A stretch of DNA of 64,000 bases, taken from the IMG/VR virus record IMGVR_UViG_2531839014_000003, positions 64,001-128,000 of that record, one strand, 5' to 3'. The stretch's first letter is position 1, and each line of letters starts with the position of its first letter. A program made the position numbers and the translations under genes. Source of the stretch: a virus. Lineage: Duplodnaviria; Caudoviricetes. Under the pieces are notes generated by a model, which was given only the letters and a program-made list of their open reading frames with translations, had not been told where the DNA came from and made no database searches. Below are positions 52,459 through 62,945 of this stretch, in pieces.

Positions 52459-52725
52459 ATGGGACTTAATTTACCCACTTTAGCACTTGTTAAAAAATAT
52501 ACTGATTTAAAAACATCTGTTACTGATAAACAAATAAACGCAGCTGTAAACCAATACTTGGAAAATAATCCAGTTTCTCCAGGCGCATCACCTGAAGAAT
52601 CTGCTCAAATAGGGGCCAATAAACAGAATATCACTAATCTTCAAAATGAAATTGTTATGCGCTCTCCTGCTATCATTACAGAAGCTATAGGTACAGGTAA
52701 GGTAAGAATGGATGATTCATCATTC
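52459..52725 (+). pseudogene. Truncated structural/fibre-like gene
   Basis: AVNQYLENNPV N-terminus; ORF tail runs through a tRNA-like sequence. Confidence 0.45.
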
Positions 52726-52741
52726 GACTGGCTCTTTTTGT

Positions 52742-52814
52742 ATGCCATTGGCGCAATAGAAAGCATGGCGGACTTCAAATCCGTTAGATGCAGGTTCAAA
52801 TCCTGTGGGGGGTG
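52742..52814 (+). tRNA. Degenerate tRNA with TCA anticodon
   Basis: GCGGA-CTTCAAA-TCCGT anticodon arm; GCAGG-TTCAAAT-CCTGT T arm; poorly paired acceptor and D stems. Confidence 0.55.
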
Positions 52815-52878
52815 TGTTTATGATACGGCTCTTTAACAGTATTTTTTATAATCCAAACAAGAAAGAAGGTGTTTATAA

Positions 52879-53982
52879 TTGGCGAGAAAACCAAAAATCG
52901 CCGAAGCATCTGATAATTTTGATGATTCTCACGATTATAGATGTCTTCGATGCGGTGATACATGGGAAAATCCTAATGGTCATTTCTATAAATCTCCCTG
53001 GTCAGAGTCATTTGAAAAGAATTCGCGTTTTGTACCCTTGTGTAGAAAATGTGTAAATGAGTTACTTGATATCTACGAAAAGAAGTATGGTACTAATACC
53101 GCCTGCATCTTGATGTGCTATAAACTAGATATTCCATACTATTACTCGCTTTTTGATTCCATTATCAAAAACAATAATAAGTTTAGCATCGGTTTATATA
53201 TGCGACAAATCAATGGCAGACAGTATCAAAACCAGGACTTCTCTCAATCTATTCTAAATGGTGAATTAGGAAAATCTAAGGATGACTTTGAAAAATTCAA
53301 GGAAGTAAAATGGTCAAAGCAAGATTTACAAAACCGAGATTATGCTATAGAAGTTGTAGGTTATGATCCATTTGTCGGATATCCCGAAGAAGATAGACAT
53401 TTTCTATTCAATCAATTATCTCCATATTTAGAGGATGAAGATATAGCTGATGATGCTTTCAAATTGTCACAGATATTACAGATTGTAGATAACAACAAAC
53501 AAATTCGGCAGTGTGATGTTAAGATAGCAAACCTGGATCCCATAAGAGATGCCACAGATATTAAAACATTAAACTCAATCAAAAAAACATTGGTGGAAGC
53601 CAACGACAAAATTGCAAAAGAAAATGAAATTTCAGTGAAGAATCGTTCCAATAAGGATGTAGGAAAGTCAACGCTTACATACTTAATGCGTGATTTAAGG
53701 AATAAAAATTTTGAAAGAGCCGAAGCTGATTATTACGACCAGTTAAGAGGTCCAGGAACACAATGGGCAATCTCAATATCCCAAAAAGCAATGTTAGATC
53801 ATTGTCTATTTGATGAAAATGATAAAAAGGAAGTTTACGAAACACAGATAAAGCTTGTAGATGATTTATACAAAGAACTAGACAGCAAGAAAGAACAGTT
53901 GCGTCAATTGCTTATTGTCAACGACAATTTAAAGGCCGAGTTGGAGACATTAAGAGTAGGTGATAGTGATGGAATATCATAA
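52879..53982 (+). CDS. Zn-finger protein upstream of terL, probable terminase small subunit
   Basis: CLRC...CRKC; position directly before terL. Confidence 0.6.
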   Translation: MARKPKIAEASDNFDDSHDYRCLRCGDTWENPNGHFYKSPWSESFEKNSRFVPLCRKCVNELLDIYEKKYGTNTACILMCYKLDIPYYYSLFDSIIKNNNKFSIGLYMRQINGRQYQNQDFSQSILNGELGKSKDDFEKFKEVKWSKQDLQNRDYAIEVVGYDPFVGYPEEDRHFLFNQLSPYLEDEDIADDAFKLSQILQIVDNNKQIRQCDVKIANLDPIRDATDIKTLNSIKKTLVEANDKIAKENEISVKNRSNKDVGKSTLTYLMRDLRNKNFERAEADYYDQLRGPGTQWAISISQKAMLDHCLFDENDKKEVYETQIKLVDDLYKELDSKKEQLRQLLIVNDNLKAELETLRVGDSDGIS

Positions 53983-55810
53983 ATTAATGTCTGAACGCAA
54001 GAAGCGAATATGTGAGTTAGATGCTGAAAGTATAGCATTTTATCGTCGTAACCCCTGCATTGCCTGTGAAGATTTATTGGGTATTAAGCTCATTGATAGT
54101 CAAAAGTATATTCTTCAAGCTAGTTGGAATAAACCACATGTGCTATGGTGTTGTAGTCGTAACTTTGGGAAATCCTTTCTCGGTGCCATTTTTATGGTCC
54201 TCAAGGCAATATTATATGAAAATCAGGCTATCTACATAGTATCATCAGTTGGTGATCAGTCAAAGGAAACATTTTCTAAGATTGAAGAAATCGTTCTTCG
54301 CATCGGTAAAACAGCCGCATCTATCGACTCCCTTAAAGACATAGTTGAAAAAGAAACCAAAAAATCAGGGAACAATAAAACAGGTTTTGGTCATGCTCAG
54401 TCAGGTTTCCATGTGGAATTTTATAACGGAAGTGAAATCTTTACACTGAATGGTAATCCGGATAATAACCGGAGCCGCAGAGCCACTTTAGTATTTTTCG
54501 ATGAGGCTGCATTCTCTTCCGATGAGCTAATTGCTGTATGTGAAGCCTTTGCAACGCAGAATACAGAGTTTAAAACATCTGTTGAAAAAGGCTTTAACCC
54601 AGATACATTAAAAAGAAAATGTCCAACACAGCTGGTTTATGCATCATCACAAGATGATATGAGCAAAATCTTTTATCACCATTATAAAAACTTTTCTAAA
54701 AGAATGCTGGCTGGTGATAGAGATTATCTTGTGGTTGATATGATTTGTGATACAGCTATTGAAACATATATGGAAGGAAAGCCATATACTGCTCTCCTAA
54801 CCCGTGACAAAGTGGATGCTGCTATGAAAGCAAATAGAGAGAAGGCATTACGTGAATATTATAATCAACCTACAAGAGATGGTGGCGTAAATCAAATTGT
54901 AAAATGGGGAACAATTCGCAGAAACGAGTGTTTCTATTTGCCTCAGTTATCTTATAAACCTAATACAAATATATGTCTGGCTTTAGATCCTGCACGTACC
55001 TTGGATAATTCTATTTTAGGGGCTATGAATATAGTAAATGATCCTAATTATGGCTACATGGGAGAAATAGTAAACTGTCTGAACTTATTTGACAATGCCA
55101 GCAAAAAGGGGTACAAACTGGATTCTAATCGACAGTTAAAGGAAATACGAAATTATCTCTCTCTTTACAACGGACAGCATAATGACTATCAGAATATTGA
55201 TTGCTTATTGATAGATCAAGGTGCTGGCGGAGGTGGCGTTTCTACTTATGCTGATGGTTTACTAAATGATTGGGTTGGTGACGATGGTCGGCACCATAGA
55301 GGACTTATCGATGCTTCACATGAAATCTATACTGGATATAAGTCTTTATATCCGAACACTATTGATAAATTGCGTCTCATTAGCCCGCGCAAGTATAGAA
55401 CTCAAATGGTTGATGAGTTTATAGAACTAATTGATTTAGGAGTAATCAAATTCCCTTATGAATTCAAGCAGGAGTTTATAACGATTGCCAGAAAACAAAA
55501 GGATTCTGACGAAGAAATAATTGAGAAATATGAGCTATCAGAAAAGGAAATTGTGGCCTTAGCAAATATTGACCTAATGAAAGCTGAAACCACGTCAATA
55601 TACAAATATGAGAACGCAGAAAAAACTTCTAAAACATATGCAATAGCAAAGGATAAAGAAAGTTCTATGCATGATGATAGGTTTTATGTGTTGATTATGC
55701 TTGCACATAGATTGTATGAATTACGCCGTGGACAAACAATACAACCAAAGCAGAAAGAACCATCAGATTTTACCAATGCTCCACGTTGTGTATCATCTAT
55801 AACATTCTAA
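53969..55810 (+). CDS. terL: Terminase large subunit
   Basis: SRNFGKS Walker A, FFDEA Walker B, ALDPA and HDDRFY nuclease motifs. Confidence 0.92.
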   Translation: MEYHKLMSERKKRICELDAESIAFYRRNPCIACEDLLGIKLIDSQKYILQASWNKPHVLWCCSRNFGKSFLGAIFMVLKAILYENQAIYIVSSVGDQSKETFSKIEEIVLRIGKTAASIDSLKDIVEKETKKSGNNKTGFGHAQSGFHVEFYNGSEIFTLNGNPDNNRSRRATLVFFDEAAFSSDELIAVCEAFATQNTEFKTSVEKGFNPDTLKRKCPTQLVYASSQDDMSKIFYHHYKNFSKRMLAGDRDYLVVDMICDTAIETYMEGKPYTALLTRDKVDAAMKANREKALREYYNQPTRDGGVNQIVKWGTIRRNECFYLPQLSYKPNTNICLALDPARTLDNSILGAMNIVNDPNYGYMGEIVNCLNLFDNASKKGYKLDSNRQLKEIRNYLSLYNGQHNDYQNIDCLLIDQGAGGGGVSTYADGLLNDWVGDDGRHHRGLIDASHEIYTGYKSLYPNTIDKLRLISPRKYRTQMVDEFIELIDLGVIKFPYEFKQEFITIARKQKDSDEEIIEKYELSEKEIVALANIDLMKAETTSIYKYENAEKTSKTYAIAKDKESSMHDDRFYVLIMLAHRLYELRRGQTIQPKQKEPSDFTNAPRCVSSITF

Positions 55811-55827
55811 GAAAGGACGGTGATTAA

Positions 55828-57477
55828 TTGCCAAATAAAAAAGAAGTGGTCTTATCTTCTTCTGATACTCAGGGCCAGGAAGAAGATTTTAGTGTGACTT
55901 TCGCATCAAAAGAAAATACTGATGGTAATGAAACCGTCATTTTAACATCTGAAGATATCGCTAAAGAATGGATGTCAAAAGCACTCCAAAGTTTTGATCC
56001 GTCTAATGGTCAATATTCTGTGTATCTAAAGGAACAACCTTTTGGAGATGATAGTGTCACTTTGGATGATATAAAATTGCTCTCCAAAAATGCCCAGAGT
56101 GATATAACCAAAATATTGAAAATAAACGCTTTAGTACGTCAGGAAATAAATGGTGATGATATAATTGGGAAAGTCTATGAAACTATGGTAACAAATCTCA
56201 ATTCAGATATAAGAATATCATTCGATAATCTTCCATCAAAACCAACCAAGAAATACAAGGATAAAGCAGAATCTCTTATTAAGCAATTTCATAGGGAAAC
56301 AAATATAAATACAATACTATCATCTTCTATCCCGACAGTTTATGTTGAAGGTAATTGTATTAAATATTTGCGCAGTAAAAATGGACATTATGTCATTGAT
56401 TCTTTTCCATTAGGAGTCGCTATTGTTAGCGATTATAAATACAATGGTATTAACTACGTACTTATTGATATCCGTGAGCTTACAAATAGATTACAGAAAA
56501 CAACGATTAAAGGCAGAAAAAACAGACCGCTTTTCTTTAAAAACATCACAGAAGAAATAAAAGCAAATTATCCAGATGAGGTATATCAAGCTTACATAAA
56601 CAAAGAGCATTATGCAATATTGGACATTCGCCGCACGGGTTTAAATCGGTTTTGTAGTATGAATAGAAAATATGGATTATCTGCGGTCTTCAAAGCACTG
56701 AAGCCTAATATAATGCTTGACACATTTGACAAATCCGATGCCATTACTGCTAAAGCAAAGGCTAAAAAAATAATACATCAAGTCATCAGAAAAGAAACCA
56801 TGGGACAAGATTATTCAAAAAAGGGATTTGAAGAAATGGCTTATGCCCATGAGAATCTGGCAGCAGCATGGAAAAATCCAACCGTGCTATATACTTCACC
56901 TCCTTGTGTGGAAAAAATCGTATATGTGGAACCTAAAGTAGAAACAACAAACATAGCTACAATTAATCAATATCGTTCTCGTGTCACTTCTGCTCTTGGA
57001 ATATCTTTTCTAAATACTGATGGAAACCAAACTGTTAGTACGGCAAACATTTCCATTAAACAATTAATGAAAACTATAAATAAAATCACAGAACAGGAAG
57101 AAATTATCCTCTCTCGCTGGTATTCTTTAATTCTTGAAGAAAATGGTATCCCTCAAGAGTATTGCCCCACTCCACATATCCTTGATACAGAATTGCTTGA
57201 ATTTGAAATGCGTAAAGACTTATCGGAATTACTATTTTCAAAGTTTAATTGCTCTTATACTACAGCTTATGAATTGGTTGGACTCAATGCAAAAGATGAA
57301 GCGGATAGATTAGTTACTGAAAAAGAACTAGGTTACGATGAAATATTTCTTGTTCATCCAACTTCGTATAACAGCTCTGGAAATTCAAAAGACTCTGGTG
57401 GCAGGCCGAGCGGGTCAGATAACCTACAAAAACAGGATTATGACACTGATTATAACAAAACGAGGGTGAAATCTTGA
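55828..57477 (+). CDS. Portal protein
   Basis: 549 aa directly after terL; GGRP tail. Confidence 0.75.
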   Translation: MPNKKEVVLSSSDTQGQEEDFSVTFASKENTDGNETVILTSEDIAKEWMSKALQSFDPSNGQYSVYLKEQPFGDDSVTLDDIKLLSKNAQSDITKILKINALVRQEINGDDIIGKVYETMVTNLNSDIRISFDNLPSKPTKKYKDKAESLIKQFHRETNINTILSSSIPTVYVEGNCIKYLRSKNGHYVIDSFPLGVAIVSDYKYNGINYVLIDIRELTNRLQKTTIKGRKNRPLFFKNITEEIKANYPDEVYQAYINKEHYAILDIRRTGLNRFCSMNRKYGLSAVFKALKPNIMLDTFDKSDAITAKAKAKKIIHQVIRKETMGQDYSKKGFEEMAYAHENLAAAWKNPTVLYTSPPCVEKIVYVEPKVETTNIATINQYRSRVTSALGISFLNTDGNQTVSTANISIKQLMKTINKITEQEEIILSRWYSLILEENGIPQEYCPTPHILDTELLEFEMRKDLSELLFSKFNCSYTTAYELVGLNAKDEADRLVTEKELGYDEIFLVHPTSYNSSGNSKDSGGRPSGSDNLQKQDYDTDYNKTRVKS

Positions 57478-57624
57478 AAATAAAAATACCTGACGGAAGT
57501 ATTTATGACTTAGAAGAATGCGAAATAATCGATGAAGAATTAGAACAACAGGCTAAATTTGCTGATGAATTATTTGTACAAACAGGAATTTTGATTGCCA
57601 ATCAGAAAGGTGGTGATGCTAGTA

Positions 57625-59139
57625 TTGAATGAATATGTAAATATGGTGGGTGCCGTTATTGATGTTGCTGAACACTCAACTTACCTTGAGCTAACAAGTA
57701 GGGTTTGTTATTATGATGAACCAAACTTAAATAATGATATGTTACCCTATGATGAGTTCACTGAAGAACGAGCACGAACCTTGATTAATATGCCTGTACA
57801 GGCTAAATATCGGATTAACCCAAACGGAGAGCCAACTTTTTCAGGCCACGAAATGGTGAAGAAGAAGGATGGTTCTGTAGAATTTAAAACTTCCAGTATC
57901 GGTACTCATACTGAAATATATATAGAAAACGATAATGTTGACGTGAATGGTACTATAAAGAATTTACCGTGCCTATTCGCTAAATATCGCATATGGAAAA
58001 GATATAAGAATGTAGTCGCTGCTGTTCAGCGACTTTTTAATTTGGGTAAATTATACAGTTCCTGGGAACTAAACACATATCAGTATATTTTTGATCGGGG
58101 TATTCGTAAAGTTACTGATTATGAGTTTCTAGCTAACACATTACTTGGCTTTGAATATGCATATCCCAGTTATGGTACAAGTGCAAACGCCATTAGTATG
58201 GCAGAATTTAACGATAGCCAATTAATAATTGCAGAAGCTCTTTCTCAAGACTTAATTGATGAAAATAATAACAACAATAAGGAGGAAAATCTATTGAGCA
58301 ATAAAACAGAATCTTCTACGGTAGAAGAAAATATTGTGACAAGTACATCTGTAGAAACTCAATCTGATACTACGGGTACTGCTACTACATCTACTGATAC
58401 AGAAAAAACAAATATAGAGAATCCAACTACTGACTCTGCACAGCTTACTGATTATGATTTACGAGATAAGGTCAGAGCTGCATGTAGAACAAAATTAGGT
58501 AAATGGTGTTGGGTATCTTTCCTATTTCCAAACGAAAAAGAGGTTTGGTGTGAGTATGACGGCAGAGAATCAGAATTAGATTATGTTAAATTTACATATG
58601 AAGTAGGCGATGATGATTCTATTACAGTTTCAGAGCCAACATACGTGAAATTAACTGTTTCCGTTGCAGAGATTAATACAAAAATAGCAGAACTTGAAAA
58701 AGAGGTATCTACTGTAAAAGCAGAATTAGATATTAAAAATAATGCTATTTCTAAAGCAAGTGAAACAATTCAATCTCTTAATGTGACTATATCAGAACTG
58801 AAGCCTTTTAAGGAGCAAGTAGAAATTGCTGAACAGAAACGCATAGAAATTGAAATTGCTGAAGATAAAGCAAGATTAAAAGCAAAATTACTAAAGGGAA
58901 ATCTCTTTACTGAAACTGAAATAGCTGAAAAGAATATTACTGATTTAATCGAAGCAAGAAATGAATCCGCAATCAATGGACTGATTGCCGATAAGTTTGT
59001 TGCTTCTTTTGATTCACAGACAAATGAAACAATTTTAACCTCTGAAACACAGAAACCAGAAAAGGCTACTGCAAGCTTAGAAACAGATGACGATGACGAT
59101 GATATCCGTAGTTTTATGCACAAACTTTTATCCAAATAA
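57625..59139 (+). CDS. Prohead protease/scaffold protein
   Basis: N-terminal globular domain with SSWE, low-complexity linker, C-terminal coiled coil; lies between portal and capsid. Confidence 0.7.
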   Translation: MNEYVNMVGAVIDVAEHSTYLELTSRVCYYDEPNLNNDMLPYDEFTEERARTLINMPVQAKYRINPNGEPTFSGHEMVKKKDGSVEFKTSSIGTHTEIYIENDNVDVNGTIKNLPCLFAKYRIWKRYKNVVAAVQRLFNLGKLYSSWELNTYQYIFDRGIRKVTDYEFLANTLLGFEYAYPSYGTSANAISMAEFNDSQLIIAEALSQDLIDENNNNNKEENLLSNKTESSTVEENIVTSTSVETQSDTTGTATTSTDTEKTNIENPTTDSAQLTDYDLRDKVRAACRTKLGKWCWVSFLFPNEKEVWCEYDGRESELDYVKFTYEVGDDDSITVSEPTYVKLTVSVAEINTKIAELEKEVSTVKAELDIKNNAISKASETIQSLNVTISELKPFKEQVEIAEQKRIEIEIAEDKARLKAKLLKGNLFTETEIAEKNITDLIEARNESAINGLIADKFVASFDSQTNETILTSETQKPEKATASLETDDDDDDIRSFMHKLLSK

Positions 59140-59154
59140 GAGGAGGACAATTAT

Positions 59155-59631
59155 ATGATTAGAGATTTTAGAATTAACGGAGCAAAGGCTCCTGATGCTA
59201 TGCACAAGGCAAAAGTTGACATGGTAACTGGTATGGGCGTTGTAAAGGAAGACTCTACAACCGATAAATTTGCTAATATCGCTTCGGCTGAAACCGTAAC
59301 TGACATTTTTATTGTAGATAAAGAGCGTGTGCCTTCTGGTATTAACTGTGCAAGAGGTGATATGTCCGATTATGACAATGATTTTGTAAAAATCAAGGCC
59401 AATGAGCCTGTATCAATGGATAAGTATCACGCTGGTGAGAAATTTGGAACCGATCAGTACGATGATACTATTACCTCCGATTTAGCCCTTAATACAAGAG
59501 TGTCCTGGAAGAATGGACTTGTAACAAAAGCTACTATAGCTTCTCCATATGTTTTTAAGGGTTTTCATAATGACAATAGACATTCATTGGCTCAGATTGA
59601 AGTGTCCGACACTGCTGTATCTAACGCATAA
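59155..59631 (+). CDS. Capsid decoration-type protein
   Basis: Position between scaffold and major capsid gene. Confidence 0.55.
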   Translation: MIRDFRINGAKAPDAMHKAKVDMVTGMGVVKEDSTTDKFANIASAETVTDIFIVDKERVPSGINCARGDMSDYDNDFVKIKANEPVSMDKYHAGEKFGTDQYDDTITSDLALNTRVSWKNGLVTKATIASPYVFKGFHNDNRHSLAQIEVSDTAVSNA

Positions 59632-59651
59632 TTAAAGGAGGATTTGTAAAT

Positions 59652-60650
59652 ATGAGTATTTTAACTAGCGAAGTAAAAGATTTAATGTCTCAGGAGCATG
59701 CACTTTATGATGTAGCTGAGAGTATTGAATATAAAAGAGACTTAAATGCAGAACAGAAAGACGCTGCACAGGTTATGGATGCGTGGGCAAAAAATATCGG
59801 AGAAACAGGAAAAGACCCTGAGTGTGATATCGCTGCCTACATCAAGAGAATTGTACAGCCTGAAGTATATAATGCACCCGACGAACTTTTAGATCGTATT
59901 TGGGAACGCGGAGGTATTGGGGAGTTTGATGATGCTGAATACAATGTAGAGCCAAAAAATACGCTGATTGCTCATGAGGCAGCAAAGGGTGGCGTTGTTG
60001 ACAGAAGTTGGATTGACCTCTCTGCACTTACTCCTGTATGGAGAAACAGACAGGTTGAAACAGACCTTTCTTATGTCGATTTAAGAAAGAACGGTTTTAA
60101 GTCTATTGCCAATCTCACTGTGTTCATGAAGGAAGCGTGTCAGAATGCACTATTCTACGATATGTTATCCCAGATGGACGAAGCTATTGTCGGTGGTGAA
60201 GCAAAAATCGATGTTACAGGTAAGGTGCCTACACTGGCTGATATGGATGCAATCTCTTTGTACCTAAATGATAGAAGCGATGATTCTGTTATTGTGTGTC
60301 TTACGAAATATGCTCAGGCCATTAGACGTATGGAAGGCTTTGCTCAGTATATGAGTAATGATATGAAGAACGACTTCAATAGATATGGACTTGTAAAGAC
60401 CTATGATACTATTGGGGTAGCTGCTATCTCTGGTGCAAAGCGTCAGGGAAATGGTAATCTTCTTATCCCAGATAAGAGAATTTTCGGAATCGCTGGGAAA
60501 ATTGGGAACCTGGATATGAAGGGTGATATCCATGTATTCCAGGAGATGAATCCAAGAAGTGAACAGATTCATATTATGTTAAAAGATTTTACATATGGAT
60601 TTGTGATTACCAAGATTGAGAATGTATGTAAAATGGTAATGTCACAGTAA
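59652..60650 (+). CDS. Major capsid protein
   Basis: 332 aa, strong SD, position, followed by a terminator. Confidence 0.75.
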   Translation: MSILTSEVKDLMSQEHALYDVAESIEYKRDLNAEQKDAAQVMDAWAKNIGETGKDPECDIAAYIKRIVQPEVYNAPDELLDRIWERGGIGEFDDAEYNVEPKNTLIAHEAAKGGVVDRSWIDLSALTPVWRNRQVETDLSYVDLRKNGFKSIANLTVFMKEACQNALFYDMLSQMDEAIVGGEAKIDVTGKVPTLADMDAISLYLNDRSDDSVIVCLTKYAQAIRRMEGFAQYMSNDMKNDFNRYGLVKTYDTIGVAAISGAKRQGNGNLLIPDKRIFGIAGKIGNLDMKGDIHVFQEMNPRSEQIHIMLKDFTYGFVITKIENVCKMVMSQ

Positions 60651-60662
60651 TTATAGTATTCT

Positions 60663-60704
60663 AAGACGAGATGGATTTAATAACTACCCTATCTCGTCTT
60701 TTTT
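60663..60704 (+). terminator. Intrinsic terminator after the capsid gene
   Basis: AAGACGAGAT...ATCTCGTCTT + T-run. Confidence 0.75.
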
Positions 60705-60720
60705 GATTGGAGGAATTTAC

Positions 60721-61389
60721 TTGATTAAAGAAACTGAGAAAATCAGCGTTCTTAATTATAATGAAAATAGAGTGTCAGTTATTGTTGCTCCTGATAAGAG
60801 TTATAGTTTTGACCCATCGGTTGATGGTGTTATTCCTTGTGTTATACCAATGACATTAGATGAAATTAGGTACGCAAATAATACAGGTGCTTTCAAAAAC
60901 GGAATGTTGTTCTTTGATCCAAACCGTGAGGAAGATGTTTATGAAAGTCTAAACATCGTTAATTGGAAAGACATACTCAAAAATAAAGACATTGAAAATA
61001 TAATTATTAATCCCACTTATGACGGACTTACAAAACTTATATCAATTAAAGATAGTGCTATGTTTGAGCGAATAAGAACAGTTTATCAGAAAATCAAGAA
61101 TGAAGGTACTAATGACATATCTGTGCGTGTTGAGCAGATTATTAAGACACGGTATAAGGAGCTTCTGAATCGGCAGGTTAATACCTCAATCGTTCTTACT
61201 AAAAAGGATGTCCCAGAAAAAGTATCTTCTGATGAGGTTGATATGCTAAAGGAGCAGAATCGCAGTATGCATGAGCAACTTGAAAAAATGCAAAAAATGA
61301 TGGAGCAGATGATGACTAATCAGAAAACAGAGCTTCCCATCACAGAAGAAGCCAAAAAGATGCCAGGACGCCCAAAAAAGACTCAGTAG
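60721..61389 (+). CDS. Phage head-associated hypothetical protein
   Basis: GGAGG SD before TTG 60721; position after capsid. Confidence 0.6.
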   Translation: MIKETEKISVLNYNENRVSVIVAPDKSYSFDPSVDGVIPCVIPMTLDEIRYANNTGAFKNGMLFFDPNREEDVYESLNIVNWKDILKNKDIENIIINPTYDGLTKLISIKDSAMFERIRTVYQKIKNEGTNDISVRVEQIIKTRYKELLNRQVNTSIVLTKKDVPEKVSSDEVDMLKEQNRSMHEQLEKMQKMMEQMMTNQKTELPITEEAKKMPGRPKKTQ

Positions 61390-61404
61390 AAAGCTGGTAA
61401 TTAG

Positions 61405-61905
61405 ATGACAGAGATAACACTATTTGAGTACCTATTTGAACGATTTTATAGACGTATTGAAAAGGATGAGGAGTTCTTTAATTACTATAATGTAGATATA
61501 TCGGAAGCTATTCAATTGGCACACGATAGGGCGAAGGGGTGTTTAATTGATGCATTAGATATACTGTCATCTATCAGTAATCTACAGGTCGATTTTTCTG
61601 ATTATGATGCAGGTTCTGAGGAATTGAATTTTAAAACAACTCCGGCAGAAATTAAGTTGATTGTAGATTTGATGTTTCAGGTGTATATGGAACGCGATTT
61701 ACCACTACTTCATGCATTTAAAATAAATTTTACACCAAGCGACTTATCTGTATTTTCTCCTGCCAATGAACGAAATTCGTATGAGGCATTTATCTCCAGG
61801 TTAGATAATAACAATAAAATCGCTCTCGATGATTATAAAAGCAGAGATAGATATACCGGCAAGCTCAAGAAAACTATCAATTATTCTGCTTTTTCGGATA
61901 TTTAA
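61405..61905 (+). CDS. Head-tail adaptor-like protein
   Basis: Size and position in the neck module. Confidence 0.5.
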   Translation: MTEITLFEYLFERFYRRIEKDEEFFNYYNVDISEAIQLAHDRAKGCLIDALDILSSISNLQVDFSDYDAGSEELNFKTTPAEIKLIVDLMFQVYMERDLPLLHAFKINFTPSDLSVFSPANERNSYEAFISRLDNNNKIALDDYKSRDRYTGKLKKTINYSAFSDI

Positions 61906-61906
61906 T

Positions 61907-62935
61907 ATGGATATAAACTATTTTATGAAAATCCAAAATGCTTATGGCACAAAAAGCAAACGCGAAATGGAGCTTGCCAAAGTGAATCGTGAAATGTCAA
62001 AGCATTTTAAGGATACATACGATACTGAGACTGTATTGATAAATGGTGTCTCCAGAGATTTGATGATAATCAAGGATACTGATGGGAATACGTTCAAAAA
62101 GAAAATCAAATCTCGGCATGGTGAAAAATTCAATCTTGGAGACTATGTTATTTGGAATAATCAATACTGGCTTATTACCCTATTGGATCCTGATGAAAAA
62201 ACCTGGAACAGAGGATATATGTATCTTTGTACAGTGCCATTAAGATGGCAAAACACCGATGGTCAAATAATTGAACGCTGGGGATATTCAGAAGATTTTA
62301 CAAAATACTCAAGTGGTGTTATTGGAAACAGTACATTACAGGTGGGGGACAATCAGTATGGTCTTACTCTTCCAATTGATTCAGAAACGAAAAAGCTAAA
62401 ACGAGATTTGCGTTTTGCTATAGATTTAGACGATGCGGAAGAACCCGACATCTATAAGCTTTCAAATCGCAAGGCCAATTTAAATAATAACATGTATTTT
62501 AACCGCGGTAGCACTATGGTACTTACATTATCATATGATGCGTTTAATAAAACAAAAGACAAACATGTATTACGAGAAGATGGCTCACAGATATGGATTT
62601 GTGACTACCACTCTCCTTCCCCATCGCCAGAACCATCAGTTCCGGATGAAACGACAGATTTATCGGCTGTGATTACAGGAGGTAATACGCTGCGGTGTGG
62701 CAGAGCTAAGACATGGATTGTGGCATTTCTGGACCAGAATGGTAATGAGATTATGGATCAGAACTTTCAGTGGAAAGTTGATAGTGAATACGCTATAAAA
62801 CAAGTGATAGATGGTCAAAAAATACAGTTAAAGGTGGATGATGAACAGTTAATTGACTGTTCTTTTTTATTGTCTGTTATTACTGATAAAAATGTTGTTG
62901 CAAAAGTTGAAATTACAATTATTGACGGACTATAA
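61907..62935 (+). CDS. Head closure/neck protein with C-terminal Ig-like domain
   Basis: GDYVIWNNQYWLI; Pro-rich linker followed by a beta-rich tail. Confidence 0.5.
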   Translation: MDINYFMKIQNAYGTKSKREMELAKVNREMSKHFKDTYDTETVLINGVSRDLMIIKDTDGNTFKKKIKSRHGEKFNLGDYVIWNNQYWLITLLDPDEKTWNRGYMYLCTVPLRWQNTDGQIIERWGYSEDFTKYSSGVIGNSTLQVGDNQYGLTLPIDSETKKLKRDLRFAIDLDDAEEPDIYKLSNRKANLNNNMYFNRGSTMVLTLSYDAFNKTKDKHVLREDGSQIWICDYHSPSPSPEPSVPDETTDLSAVITGGNTLRCGRAKTWIVAFLDQNGNEIMDQNFQWKVDSEYAIKQVIDGQKIQLKVDDEQLIDCSFLLSVITDKNVVAKVEITIIDGL

Positions 62936-62945
62936 GGAGGTACAA

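Noticed and set aside
52742..52814. tRNA-Sec
   Set aside because: Lacks the long variable arm and extended acceptor stem
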